NCBI GenBank assembly: GCA_913048125.1
Contig: CAJWWL010000002.1
Coordinates: 1-37,761, forward strand
Source of the DNA: an uncultured Opitutia bacterium
GTDB taxonomy: Bacteria > Verrucomicrobiota > Verrucomicrobiia > Opitutales > JABJCN01
Direction: 5' to 3'
Length of the DNA: 37,761 bases
Shown here: one piece after another, positions 16,513-25,843 of the stretch
Layout of the letters: each line of letters begins with the position of its first letter
Position numbering within the stretch: position 1 is the first letter of the stretch
Position numbers and translations under genes: made by a program
Notes under the pieces: model-generated
What the model was told of the DNA's origin: nothing
Databases searched by the model: none
Seen by the model: only the letters and a program-made list of their open reading frames with translations

Positions 16513-16625
16513 ACTGGAAAAACCTTCAATGTCACGATTGAAGATAGATAGTCCCCCTATATATCGGATAGAATTCCAGTGACTTAAACAAAATTCTTCA
16601 TTTTTTTTCTGAAAGCGAAACGCGA

Positions 16626-18359
16626 CTAATCAGAGAGCCTCCAGTCCACTACTTCCATTTGAGGATATGTGGCACCGTTATAGTGATTCCAGACTAATTT
16701 GAAGGCAAGATCTATAGGTGTGTTGGCGGGAGGCAGGGACTCACCGAGGTTCCAAGCAATGCCGCTAACACGCTCACCACGAGGATTGAAATGGTTGAAG
16801 CGGAAGTGCTTACCTTCTTGGCCTATACGTTGAGGAGGTTGTGCAAGCTCAAGAAAACGAACTCCAATTATGGGTTCAGGGTTTGCTTGGCCAAAGGGTT
16901 GTAATTGTTCCAAGTCACGTAGAAGGTCTGAGCTGATATCTTCTGGTTGTATCCAGCAATCAATCTCAAGAGTGGGTTCAACGACCTCGTCACCAATCAG
17001 ATTGCGTACGGCTTCATTAAAAGCGGTTCTGAATTTCTCAATATTAGCTTGGTCAAGGCTCAAGCCGACAGCCATCGGGTGTCCTCCAAACTCAGATAGT
17101 AGATCGCTGCAATTATTGAGAGCCTTTACAAGATCGAGTCCTGGGATACTCCGACCCGAGCCCTTACCAATAGTACCCTCTGCGCCAAGAACAATTGCGG
17201 GTTTTTTCAGGATGTTTGTAAGCCGGCTCGCGACAATTCCAACTACACCAGGATGCCAAGAGTGATTGAAGACTACCACGCCCTGCGAGTCTTGGTAGCG
17301 CTCCTCGACTTGAGCTTCAGCCTCTTTAACAATGTCACGCTCGATTTTTTGTCGTTCGGTATTCATCTCATCAAGTTGACGCGCAGCTTGGAGAGAATCC
17401 TGAAAATTGTCGGAAAGAAGCATCTCTATAGGCAGAGCGGCATCTGCAAGGCGCCCACTAGCGTTGATTCGAGGGCCAAGTTTGAAGGAGATGTCAGAGG
17501 CTCGAAGATCTTTGCCATCAATACCAAGGCCACTAACCTGAAAAAGGGCTTGAATCCCACAACGACTACTCTGACGGAGATTAACAAGGCCATTACGAAC
17601 AAGGATACGATTCTCGGCACGTAGAGGAACGAGATCCGCGATGGTACCCATTGCAACAAGATCAAGGTAGTCCTTCAGTTCAATCTGGTGGGCTTCCTCA
17701 TTGCCTTGGTTGCGTAGTATTTTGACAATGCCGTGTACAAGCTTGAACACGAGACCGACAGTACAAAGGTCGCGACAAGGGTTATCGTCGGCATCGTGTA
17801 TATGTGGGTTAACAAGAATACAATCTGCTGGAGTGGACTGCGTAGATTGATGGTGGTCTATAATAATAACATCGATCCCGAGCGAACGAAGGTGAGCTAC
17901 CTCGCTGACAGAATTTGTACCACAGTCCAGAGCAATGAAGAGGTCGGGGGTTTCATTGGAAATGGAACGTTCGATGACCTGCCGACTCATACCGTAGCCT
18001 TCTTCCAGGCGGCGAGGCACTACAAAATTGGGGAGGCTACCAAAACGCTTTAGAAAACCAACAAGCAGCGTGGTACTTGTCACACCATCGACATCATAAT
18101 CTCCGAGAATATGAATCTTCTCATTTTCACGTATAGCATGCAGGATACGGTTTCCAGCTTGCTCAACGTTAGTGAGCAGTAAGGGATCAGTCAGGCCGCG
18201 CAGGGCAGGATTGAGAAAACTTTCAGCATCACCACTACAATCTATACCACGTTGAACCAGAAGGTTCGCCAGAAAGCTACTTACCCTAAGTTGGCTCTCT
18301 AACTGCTGAGCTGCATCTCTGGAGACGGGGCTGTGCTGCCAGAGCTTGGGTACGTGCAT
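16626..18359 (-). CDS. recJ: Single-stranded-DNA-specific exonuclease RecJ
   Basis: The DHH-family motifs are HILGDYDVDGVTS, IALDCG and IIIDHHQ, with GGH in EFGGHPMAVG in the DHHA1 part. Size (577 aa) and layout fit RecJ. Confidence 0.92.
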   Translation of the reverse strand: MHVPKLWQHSPVSRDAAQQLESQLRVSSFLANLLVQRGIDCSGDAESFLNPALRGLTDPLLLTNVEQAGNRILHAIRENEKIHILGDYDVDGVTSTTLLVGFLKRFGSLPNFVVPRRLEEGYGMSRQVIERSISNETPDLFIALDCGTNSVSEVAHLRSLGIDVIIIDHHQSTQSTPADCILVNPHIHDADDNPCRDLCTVGLVFKLVHGIVKILRNQGNEEAHQIELKDYLDLVAMGTIADLVPLRAENRILVRNGLVNLRQSSRCGIQALFQVSGLGIDGKDLRASDISFKLGPRINASGRLADAALPIEMLLSDNFQDSLQAARQLDEMNTERQKIERDIVKEAEAQVEERYQDSQGVVVFNHSWHPGVVGIVASRLTNILKKPAIVLGAEGTIGKGSGRSIPGLDLVKALNNCSDLLSEFGGHPMAVGLSLDQANIEKFRTAFNEAVRNLIGDEVVEPTLEIDCWIQPEDISSDLLRDLEQLQPFGQANPEPIIGVRFLELAQPPQRIGQEGKHFRFNHFNPRGERVSGIAWNLGESLPPANTPIDLAFKLVWNHYNGATYPQMEVVDWRLSD

Positions 18360-18394
18360 GTGAATAGGTTTCGTGGAGCGATATTATAATGGTA

Positions 18395-21169
18395 TCAGGC
18401 GTCTTCGTTCCAGTCGTACTTAGGTAGGAACTCGCGTTGCTCAACATGCTTACGGTCACCTTTATGCCACCAGAAGAAAATAGGGCTGGCGATAAAGATT
18501 GAGGAGTAAGTTCCAGTAAGTATGCCTAAAATGAAGACGAAAGAGAAATCACGGATAATGCCTGCTCCGTAGACGTAGAGTGCAGAAGCCGCAAGAAGAG
18601 TCGTAATACTCGTCAGGATGGTGCGGGGAAGAACTCTGTTCACAGAGAAATTTATGATACGTCCTAAAGAGAGGTCAGGCCGGAGTTTCAGTTCCTCACG
18701 GATGCGGTCAAAAAGAACGATCGTATCGTTGATCGAGTAACCTAGAATCATGAGCAGGGCGGCAAGCATAGGTGCGGTGAACTGCCCAGAGCACAGGCCA
18801 AGCTTACCTAGCAGAACGTAGAGGCCTATGGTGATTAAAACATCGTGGATGGTAGCCGCCACGGCTCCTATTCCGTAGCCCAATTCAAAGCGGAAGGCCA
18901 CGTAAAGCAGTATGCCGACCAAGGCAAAAGCTACCGCTAGCCAAGCGTTTTTCTGGATGTCCTTGCTGACTGCGCCTCCGATCTGCGACTCCCCAATTTT
19001 CTGCAATCCTTTATCATCATGCTGCTGGACAAGGGCGTCGAAGAAGGCGCCACCCATTTCAGAGTCAGTCTGAAGCTTTAGCTGTTCTTTACCGCCTGCA
19101 AGATCTTGGATGTAGAAGACCTGAGCATTTTTGAAATTCTCGTTGGCATCACGGATTTGATGAATTTCAGTCTCCGTAGGAAGATCCTGTCCAGAAGCGG
19201 CTTCAATGGTAATTTCATCGCCTCCAGTAAAGTCAATGCCGAGAATGTTTTGCAGATTGGTTCCGGTGAAGGCTACACCAGCGATGATAAGTACGGCAGA
19301 ACCGATCATTAGAGGCTTACGGCGCTCGAGGAACTTCCACGCTCTGTCATCAGGAATTAATTTCAACCCGAGAACTTTCTTAAGACCGATACCATGAACA
19401 CCAGTTTCAAGGAGGAAGCGGCTTACCACCAAAGCACAGAAAACAGAGGCCGCGATTCCGACGGCAAGGGTGAGGCCGAAACCACGTACAGGTCCAGTGC
19501 CAAGGAAAAAGAGAATACCAGCAGTAATGAGCGTGGTAAGATTGGCGTCAATAATGGTTGAGAAGGCCTTATTGTAGCCGTCGTTCAGAGCATTTTCGAG
19601 GCTTTTGCCAAGATTTAGCTCTTCGCGAATCCGTTCGAATATCAGAATATTGGCATCTACAGCCATACCAACGGTGAGTACGAGGGCAGCTACACCGGGG
19701 AGGGTGAGAGTGGCGCCAAGGCTCGCTAGTACACCAAGGACAAGAAGTACATTAAGTGCTACAGAGCAGACTGCGACAATACCTCCTGCAAAGTAATACA
19801 CCACCATGAAGGCAATGATAAGAATTGCACCGAGCTTGGCGGCGCTAATGCTTTTCTCTTTGGAATCCTTAGCTAGGGTGGGACTGACTTCATACTTCTC
19901 ACCAAGCTCTAGTTCCACGCTAAGCGGATTGTTTAGAACGTTAGCAAGCTCAACGGCTTCTTGGCGGGTGAAGTTACCAGTGATTTCTGCACCGCCAGAA
20001 ATCCTCTCATCCACGCCAGGTGCACTACGCACTACTCCGTCAAGTACGATGGCTAATTGCCCTCCACCCTTTTTTGCAATCTCACCTGTAATGTTGGCAA
20101 AGCGCTTTGTGCCATCAGGCGTAAAGCTCATGTTTATTTTAAAGCCAATACCAGACTCATTCTGGATAGGGAAAGCTTGCTTAATGATATCACCGGCTGC
20201 GTCGGGACGCTTTTCCACAGGTAGCCAAGAAATAGATGTCTCTCCGGTATCAGGATTAGTGACCTCTTGCGGCAGATATGTATAACCAGCAGGCAGAGCT
20301 TGAACACCCGGGTCCTGAGGAGTCTCCGGAGCATAAAGGGTTCGGCCACCAGGTAGCACTTCGCGAAAATCGAGTACGGCTGGTGCCTTAAGTTTTTCAA
20401 TATCTCCGGCATTATCCTTAGAATTGAGGCCGGGAAGTTGGATTTCCAACATGTCGTCACCGCGGGTTCGAATGACCGGTTCAGCAACACCAAAGTCGTC
20501 AAGTCGTTTACGCAAAATCGTGATCACATCCTGCATCTGCTCAGCAGGCGTGCTGTACTCAGCCTGTACGCCGTCATCGTCCTTCTGCCCAAGCTTGAGG
20601 GTGTAGGCAATACCTCCCTTTAAGTCGAGACCAAGGCGGATGCGGGCGCGCGAGAGTCGGTAGAGTTCGGAGAGCAATTCCTCATTGCGTTTATCACGGC
20701 TCTTGATGGGCGCATACTGGGCTTCGACTTTTGGGAAGAACTCCGTGAAGTCTATACCTAGAGCTTTCTTGCCATCGGCTGGTTCGTTGTCGCGGGTATC
20801 GTACCATAAGTCGTTACGCTTTTCCAAAAACTGACGTTGGATTACGACGTCCTTATCCTCACCTGTAGTAACCTCTCCTCCTTTGTAATGAGTGAAGCCT
20901 TTAGCACCAAGATTGAGAAGCGCCAAATACAATGAGGGGTTTTCTTTAGGTTCCGCCTGTACTTTGGTTTCAGCTTGCTCAAGGAGCTTTTTAAAACGTT
21001 GGTTTTCATCATCAGTTGCATTTTGCTTCTGCTGAATACTAACGAGGAATTCGTCAAAGGGAAGGTCTTGTAGAGTTTGGTCGACCTTAAAGTTGGGGAC
21101 GAGATTTAAACCGGCCCAGATGAATACAAGGACGCTGACGATAACTTTCCAGAGGATTTTTCCAGTCAT
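18395..21169 (-). CDS. secDF: Fused protein-export membrane protein SecDF
   Basis: At 924 aa it has an N-terminal TM segment, a large periplasmic head, six TMs, a second periplasmic domain and six more TMs. Characteristic SecD and SecF segments are LDLKGG, GMAVDANILIFERIREE and INDTIVLFDRIREE. Confidence 0.92.
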   Translation of the reverse strand: MTGKILWKVIVSVLVFIWAGLNLVPNFKVDQTLQDLPFDEFLVSIQQKQNATDDENQRFKKLLEQAETKVQAEPKENPSLYLALLNLGAKGFTHYKGGEVTTGEDKDVVIQRQFLEKRNDLWYDTRDNEPADGKKALGIDFTEFFPKVEAQYAPIKSRDKRNEELLSELYRLSRARIRLGLDLKGGIAYTLKLGQKDDDGVQAEYSTPAEQMQDVITILRKRLDDFGVAEPVIRTRGDDMLEIQLPGLNSKDNAGDIEKLKAPAVLDFREVLPGGRTLYAPETPQDPGVQALPAGYTYLPQEVTNPDTGETSISWLPVEKRPDAAGDIIKQAFPIQNESGIGFKINMSFTPDGTKRFANITGEIAKKGGGQLAIVLDGVVRSAPGVDERISGGAEITGNFTRQEAVELANVLNNPLSVELELGEKYEVSPTLAKDSKEKSISAAKLGAILIIAFMVVYYFAGGIVAVCSVALNVLLVLGVLASLGATLTLPGVAALVLTVGMAVDANILIFERIREELNLGKSLENALNDGYNKAFSTIIDANLTTLITAGILFFLGTGPVRGFGLTLAVGIAASVFCALVVSRFLLETGVHGIGLKKVLGLKLIPDDRAWKFLERRKPLMIGSAVLIIAGVAFTGTNLQNILGIDFTGGDEITIEAASGQDLPTETEIHQIRDANENFKNAQVFYIQDLAGGKEQLKLQTDSEMGGAFFDALVQQHDDKGLQKIGESQIGGAVSKDIQKNAWLAVAFALVGILLYVAFRFELGYGIGAVAATIHDVLITIGLYVLLGKLGLCSGQFTAPMLAALLMILGYSINDTIVLFDRIREELKLRPDLSLGRIINFSVNRVLPRTILTSITTLLAASALYVYGAGIIRDFSFVFILGILTGTYSSIFIASPIFFWWHKGDRKHVEQREFLPKYDWNEDA

Positions 21170-21213
21170 GGCTAGATGAGGTAGAGTTGGGGAAAAAGGG
21201 GGGGATTAAGGAC

Positions 21214-21519
21214 TCAGGAATCCTTGTTGAGACAAGCCTCTATAGCAGACTTGCGAACTTCAACCTTAGTACCTTCGGCAATCTTAATTACAACGCGATC
21301 GTCTTTGACGCTTTGAACAATACCATAGAATCCGCCAATAGTGACCACCTTATCACCGGAGCCGAGGGCTTCGATCATCTTCTGCTGCTGCTTTTGCTTC
21401 TTACGCTGAGGGGCAATGATGAGGAACCACATTCCCAAGAAAAGGAATACAATCATCAAGAGCTGTGGCGCCATGCTTGGAGGTTGTTGGCCGAGTATTA
21501 TAAGTGGGGTGAGGTCCAT
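21214..21519 (-). CDS. yajC: Preprotein translocase subunit YajC
   Basis: The track ORF starts at a TTG at 21594. The ATG at 21519 gives a typical roughly 100-aa YajC, with a single TM (LLMIVFLFLGMWFLIIAPQRKKQK) and then GDKVVTIGGFYGIVQSV. It sits directly upstream of secDF. Confidence 0.85.
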   Translation of the reverse strand: MDLTPLIILGQQPPSMAPQLLMIVFLFLGMWFLIIAPQRKKQKQQQKMIEALGSGDKVVTIGGFYGIVQSVKDDRVVIKIAEGTKVEVRKSAIEACLNKDS

Positions 21520-21621
21520 GGCTGGATAGGTGCCTAGGTTATTAAATTGTTGAAAAAGAGCCGGTGAGGGAATCAAACACAGGAAAAAAGGCAACCTTTT
21601 ATCGGGGGTGACCCTTAAGGC

Positions 21622-22488
21622 TCAATCGAAGATGATTGTCTTATTTCCAAAGACCAAAACACGATTTTCGAGATGCCAGCGAACAGCAGAGGCTAAAACT
21701 AGCTTTTCGAGATCACGACCATTGCGAATCATTTCCTGAACACTACGGCGATGGCTGATGCGAGCAACATCCTGATGAATGATTGGCCCTGCATCAAGAT
21801 CTTCGGTTACATAGTGTGCAGTAGCCCCAATAATCTTAACACCACGCTGATAAGCTTGGTGGTAGGGCTTGGCACCAGCAAAGGCGGGAAGTGAAGAGTG
21901 GTGGATGTTAATAACGGGGCATCCGCACCGGGATAGAAAGTCACTACTTAGCACCTGCATGTAGCGTGCAAGTACGATTAGGTCAGGCTGGTAGTTGGCG
22001 AGAAGGGCGAGTTGCTCTTCTTCGGCGGCTGGCTTGGTATCTGCGGATACTGGGACGTGATGAAAAGGTACACCATCTCGTTCAGCAAATTCTCGGAGAT
22101 CTGGATGATTTGATACGGTACAAACTAGGTCGGCGTTGTACTCCCCTGCCCTGAAGCGATGCAGAAGGTCGTGAAAACAATGATCTTGTTTGGAGACCAA
22201 AATGGCAACCTTGGGGCGGTCGGTAGATAGAGCCACCCGAACTTGCATCTGCCAGTCACTGACCGCAGTCCGCGCAAAATCGTCCAACATCTGGAGAGGA
22301 TCGTTGTTTCCGCTAGCCCATTCGACACGCTGGAAAAAGATGTTGTCGAGGTGATCATGGTGCTGGTCAGCGTGTAGTATGTTTCCGCCGCTGTTAAAGA
22401 CCCAGCTACTGATGTCAGCGACAATTCCTGGACGATCGGGTCCTGAAAGTAGCCCGACTAGCGTAGGCGGTTTGGTGTCGGTAGACAT
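21622..22488 (-). CDS. purU: Formyltetrahydrofolate deformylase
   Basis: An N-terminal ACT-like domain (GPDRPGIVADISSWV) is followed by a formyltransferase core (LARYMQVLS, INIHHSSLPAFAGAKPYHQA, GATAHYVTEDLDAGPII). Confidence 0.92.
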   Translation of the reverse strand: MSTDTKPPTLVGLLSGPDRPGIVADISSWVFNSGGNILHADQHHDHLDNIFFQRVEWASGNNDPLQMLDDFARTAVSDWQMQVRVALSTDRPKVAILVSKQDHCFHDLLHRFRAGEYNADLVCTVSNHPDLREFAERDGVPFHHVPVSADTKPAAEEEQLALLANYQPDLIVLARYMQVLSSDFLSRCGCPVINIHHSSLPAFAGAKPYHQAYQRGVKIIGATAHYVTEDLDAGPIIHQDVARISHRRSVQEMIRNGRDLEKLVLASAVRWHLENRVLVFGNKTIIFD

Positions 22489-22503
22489 TTTAATTCGAGC
22501 AGA

Positions 22504-25500
22504 CTACACCAAGTCTTTCGAGTAGAGCTGGAGGCATTTAACTTCGAGAGGATGCTCTTTGAGTGCACGAATACCGTTAACCGCAGCCTGTGCGGAGGTT
22601 AGTGTGGTCATGATACATACATTGCGTAGAACAGCCTCGGTACGAATTTGATTCTCATGCTTACGAGGAATTTGGCCCGAAGGTGTGTTCACGATCATGT
22701 CAATTTTGTCGTTTTTGAGCATGTCGATAACTGTGGGGCGTCCTTCGCCGATACGGAATAGCTCAGTGACTTCTACTTCATTGTCCTTGAGCACAGCAGC
22801 CGTACCAGAGGTAGAGTAGATCTTAAAGCCTAGACTTGAGAGTTGTCGGGCAATGTCCACAGCCAGAGGTTTATCGCGATCTTTGACGCTGATGAAAACG
22901 TTACCCTCTAGCGGCAGGGCAGGGCGAGCAGCCATCTGAGATTTAGCGTAAGCCATACCGAGGTCTTTATCAAGACCCATGACCTCCCCAGTACTTTTCA
23001 TCTCAGGAGAAAGGGCGATGCTTGCACCAGAGAATTTATTAAACGGAAATACGGACTCCTTGACGGCCCAATAGGGCGGATGTACCTCTTCAGTAAAGCC
23101 AAGCTCCTTGAGAGTTGCTCCAGCCATGAGGCGGGCTGCCATCTTGGCCAGCGGACGACCGATAACCTTACTAACAAATGGCACGGTACGGGAAGCTCGA
23201 GGATTTACCTCTAAAACGAATAGCTCGTCATCCTTGATGGCGAACTGAACATTCATGAGGCCAACTACATTAAGCTCACGGGCAAGAGCATGGGTTGCCT
23301 CGCGAAGGGTGTTGATCATAGACTCGTCTAGCGAGTGCGGTGGCATGACCATAGTCGCATCCCCGCTGTGTACTCCAGCGTATTCGATATGCTGAAGCAT
23401 ACCACCAATTACGGACAAGGTGCCGTCACTGATACAGTCCACATCTATTTCGATAGCCTCGTCGAGAAACTTGTCCAGTAGGACTGGCTTGCCGGGAGCG
23501 ACATCGAAGACTTCGTCAACAACAGACTTAAGCTCTTCTTCGTCATAGACAATAAACATTCCACGTCCACCCAGTACGAAGGAAGGTCTCAATAAAACAG
23601 GATAGCCGATAGCGGCGGCCTTGGCTGCAGCCTCATCGACAGCCAGCGCAATATCGTTGGATGGTTGCTTGAGGCCGATCTTATCAAGAATAGCCTTGAA
23701 GTGCTTGCGGTCCTCAGCGATCTCGATGTCCTCTGGTGTGGTTCCAATAACGTGAACACCTGCGGCTTTGAGGTCGAGTGCAAGGGTTAGGGGGGTCTGG
23801 CCCCCGAACTGGACGATGGCACCATCACATTTTTCTTGGCGATAAATCTCGGAGATATCTTCAAGAGTTAGGGGCTCGAAGTAAAGTTTATCAGAGGTGT
23901 CGTAGTCAGTAGAAACGGTCTCGGGATTGGAGTTGACCATGACGGTCTCAATACCGATTTCACGCAATGCAAATGATGCATGGACGCAACAGTAATCAAA
24001 CTCGATACCTTGACCGATACGGTTGGGGCCACCCCCAATGATCATAATCTTCTTTTGGTCGCTAGGAATCAGCTCGTTTTCATCTCCGTATGAGGAATAA
24101 AAATAAGGTGTTCTGGCCTCAAACTCTGCAGCGCAGGTGTCTACTAGCCTGTACTGAGTATCCACGCCGCAATGTTGGCGGCGGTCTCGGACTTCTTTGA
24201 TAGTGCAGCTCAAAAGGAGGCTGAGTTGGTGGTCTGAAAAACCCCATTCTTTAGCGCGACGAAGCAGATCACCGTCGAGAGTATCCACCTGCTGCTCCCT
24301 AAGAAGTTTTTCAAGTTCAACAATCTGAAGGAGTTGATGCAGGAACCAAGGATCTATGCCTGTGGTGGCATAAAGCTCTTCAATTGGGATGCCGGCAACT
24401 AGTGCGAGACGCAAGTGGAACACACGCTCTGCGGTGGGCTTGCGAATGTTGGCCAAAAGAGTCGCCTTGTCGGGCAGGTTGTCTTCGTTAATATGTTTCC
24501 ATGCGGAGAAGCCAATGGCTCCATTCTCCAGCGACCTAAACGCCTTCTGAAAGGATTCTTTGAAGGTACGGCCAATAGCCATGGCCTCACCCACGGACTT
24601 CATAGCTGAGGTTAATGTGACATCGGTCCCAGGGAACTTTTCAAAGGCAAAGCGGGGAACCTTGGTAACGACGTAATCTATAGAAGGCTCAAAGCTCGCA
24701 GGGGTCTCACGAGTGATATCATTGGGAAGCTCATCGAGGCTGTAGCCAACGGCCAGCTTAGCAGCAATCTTGGCGATGGGAAAACCAGTAGCTTTAGAGG
24801 CCAAAGCAGAACTGCGAGAAACGCGGGGATTCATTTCGATGACTACCATGCGGCCCGTGCGTGGATTGACTGAAAACTGTATATTGCTACCGCCAGTTTC
24901 TACTCCTACCTCGCGTATGCATGCAAAGGAGGCATCACGCATTAACTGATACTCCTTGTCGGTCAACGTCATCGCGGGCGCAATAGTAATGGAGTCCCCA
25001 GTATGAACACCCATAGCGTCGAAGTTTTCAATGGAGCAAATGACGATACACTGATCCTTGTGATCGCGCATGACCTCCATCTCGAACTCTTTCCAGCCCA
25101 GTAGACATTCTTCGACCAAGACTTGCCGCACCGGGGACAGGTCTAGGCCCTTGGCGACCATTTCTTCAAATTCTTCTAAGTTGTAAGCAATTCCTCCCCC
25201 AGTACCGCCAAGGGTGAAGCTGGGCCTTATGATTACTGGAAAATCACCACCTATTTCTTGCTGAGCACGCAAAGCCTCCTCGACCGTATTTACGGTATCC
25301 GAGCGAGCGACATCTAGGCCGATTTTTAACATCGCAGCTTTGAAAAGCTCGCGGTCCTCGCCTTTATTGATCGCCTCTTCTTTGGCGCCGATCAGTTCCA
25401 CCCCGTGTTTTTCGAGGATTCCCGCCTTTGCGAGATCAAGTGAAAGATTGAGCCCCGTTTGCCCACCGAGTGTCGGTAGCAGAGCGTCGGGTTTCTCCTT

Positions 25501-25737
25501 TTCAATGATTTTTTCGAGTGCCTGCACATTGAGGGGCTCAATGTATGTGACATCTGCAAACTCAGGATCCGTCATGATCGTGGCCGGATTGCTATTGGCC
25601 AGAATCACGCGGTAACCTTCTTCGCGCAAAGCCTTGCAAGCTTGTGTGCCGGAATAGTCAAATTCGCAAGCCTGACCAATGATAATCGGGCCTGAACCTA
25701 TGATAAGGATACTCTCTAAATCTGTGCGCTTTGGCAT
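22504..25737 (-). CDS. carB: Carbamoyl-phosphate synthase large subunit
   Basis: At 1077 aa it has the canonical N-terminus [42 protein letters not shown]. The ATP-grasp half is duplicated (second copy [24 protein letters not shown]) and an MGS-like C-terminus is present. No carA is adjacent. Confidence 0.97.
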   Translation of the reverse strand: MPKRTDLESILIIGSGPIIIGQACEFDYSGTQACKALREEGYRVILANSNPATIMTDPEFADVTYIEPLNVQALEKIIEKEKPDALLPTLGGQTGLNLSLDLAKAGILEKHGVELIGAKEEAINKGEDRELFKAAMLKIGLDVARSDTVNTVEEALRAQQEIGGDFPVIIRPSFTLGGTGGGIAYNLEEFEEMVAKGLDLSPVRQVLVEECLLGWKEFEMEVMRDHKDQCIVICSIENFDAMGVHTGDSITIAPAMTLTDKEYQLMRDASFACIREVGVETGGSNIQFSVNPRTGRMVVIEMNPRVSRSSALASKATGFPIAKIAAKLAVGYSLDELPNDITRETPASFEPSIDYVVTKVPRFAFEKFPGTDVTLTSAMKSVGEAMAIGRTFKESFQKAFRSLENGAIGFSAWKHINEDNLPDKATLLANIRKPTAERVFHLRLALVAGIPIEELYATTGIDPWFLHQLLQIVELEKLLREQQVDTLDGDLLRRAKEWGFSDHQLSLLLSCTIKEVRDRRQHCGVDTQYRLVDTCAAEFEARTPYFYSSYGDENELIPSDQKKIMIIGGGPNRIGQGIEFDYCCVHASFALREIGIETVMVNSNPETVSTDYDTSDKLYFEPLTLEDISEIYRQEKCDGAIVQFGGQTPLTLALDLKAAGVHVIGTTPEDIEIAEDRKHFKAILDKIGLKQPSNDIALAVDEAAAKAAAIGYPVLLRPSFVLGGRGMFIVYDEEELKSVVDEVFDVAPGKPVLLDKFLDEAIEIDVDCISDGTLSVIGGMLQHIEYAGVHSGDATMVMPPHSLDESMINTLREATHALARELNVVGLMNVQFAIKDDELFVLEVNPRASRTVPFVSKVIGRPLAKMAARLMAGATLKELGFTEEVHPPYWAVKESVFPFNKFSGASIALSPEMKSTGEVMGLDKDLGMAYAKSQMAARPALPLEGNVFISVKDRDKPLAVDIARQLSSLGFKIYSTSGTAAVLKDNEVEVTELFRIGEGRPTVIDMLKNDKIDMIVNTPSGQIPRKHENQIRTEAVLRNVCIMTTLTSAQAAVNGIRALKEHPLEVKCLQLYSKDLV

Positions 25738-25843
25738 GGTTGAAAAACAAAATTAGGAGACAGCATCTCAAATCAGCCAAAATTTCAAGTCCGCCATTTG
25801 CATTTTGCATTTTTTTCTGCACGGGCCTGAATAGCTATTCGAC

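Noticed and set aside
16524-16543. An AT-rich hairpin, CTTCAAT-gtcacg-ATTGAAG, with a TGTCACG Pho-half-site-like loop, between recJ and the strong terminator
   Set aside because: It has a single half-site with no phased partner, a weak 7-bp A/T stem, and no downstream gene to regulate. It is most likely part of the recJ 3' UTR.
25790-25822. CATTTGCATTTTGCATTTTTTT iterations in the carB / hydrolase divergent region, considered as an ARG-box or PyrR-type operator
   Set aside because: It does not match the palindromic ARG-box pattern or a PyrR binding loop as I remember them. It looks like simple A/T-rich promoter DNA with a short tandem iteration.
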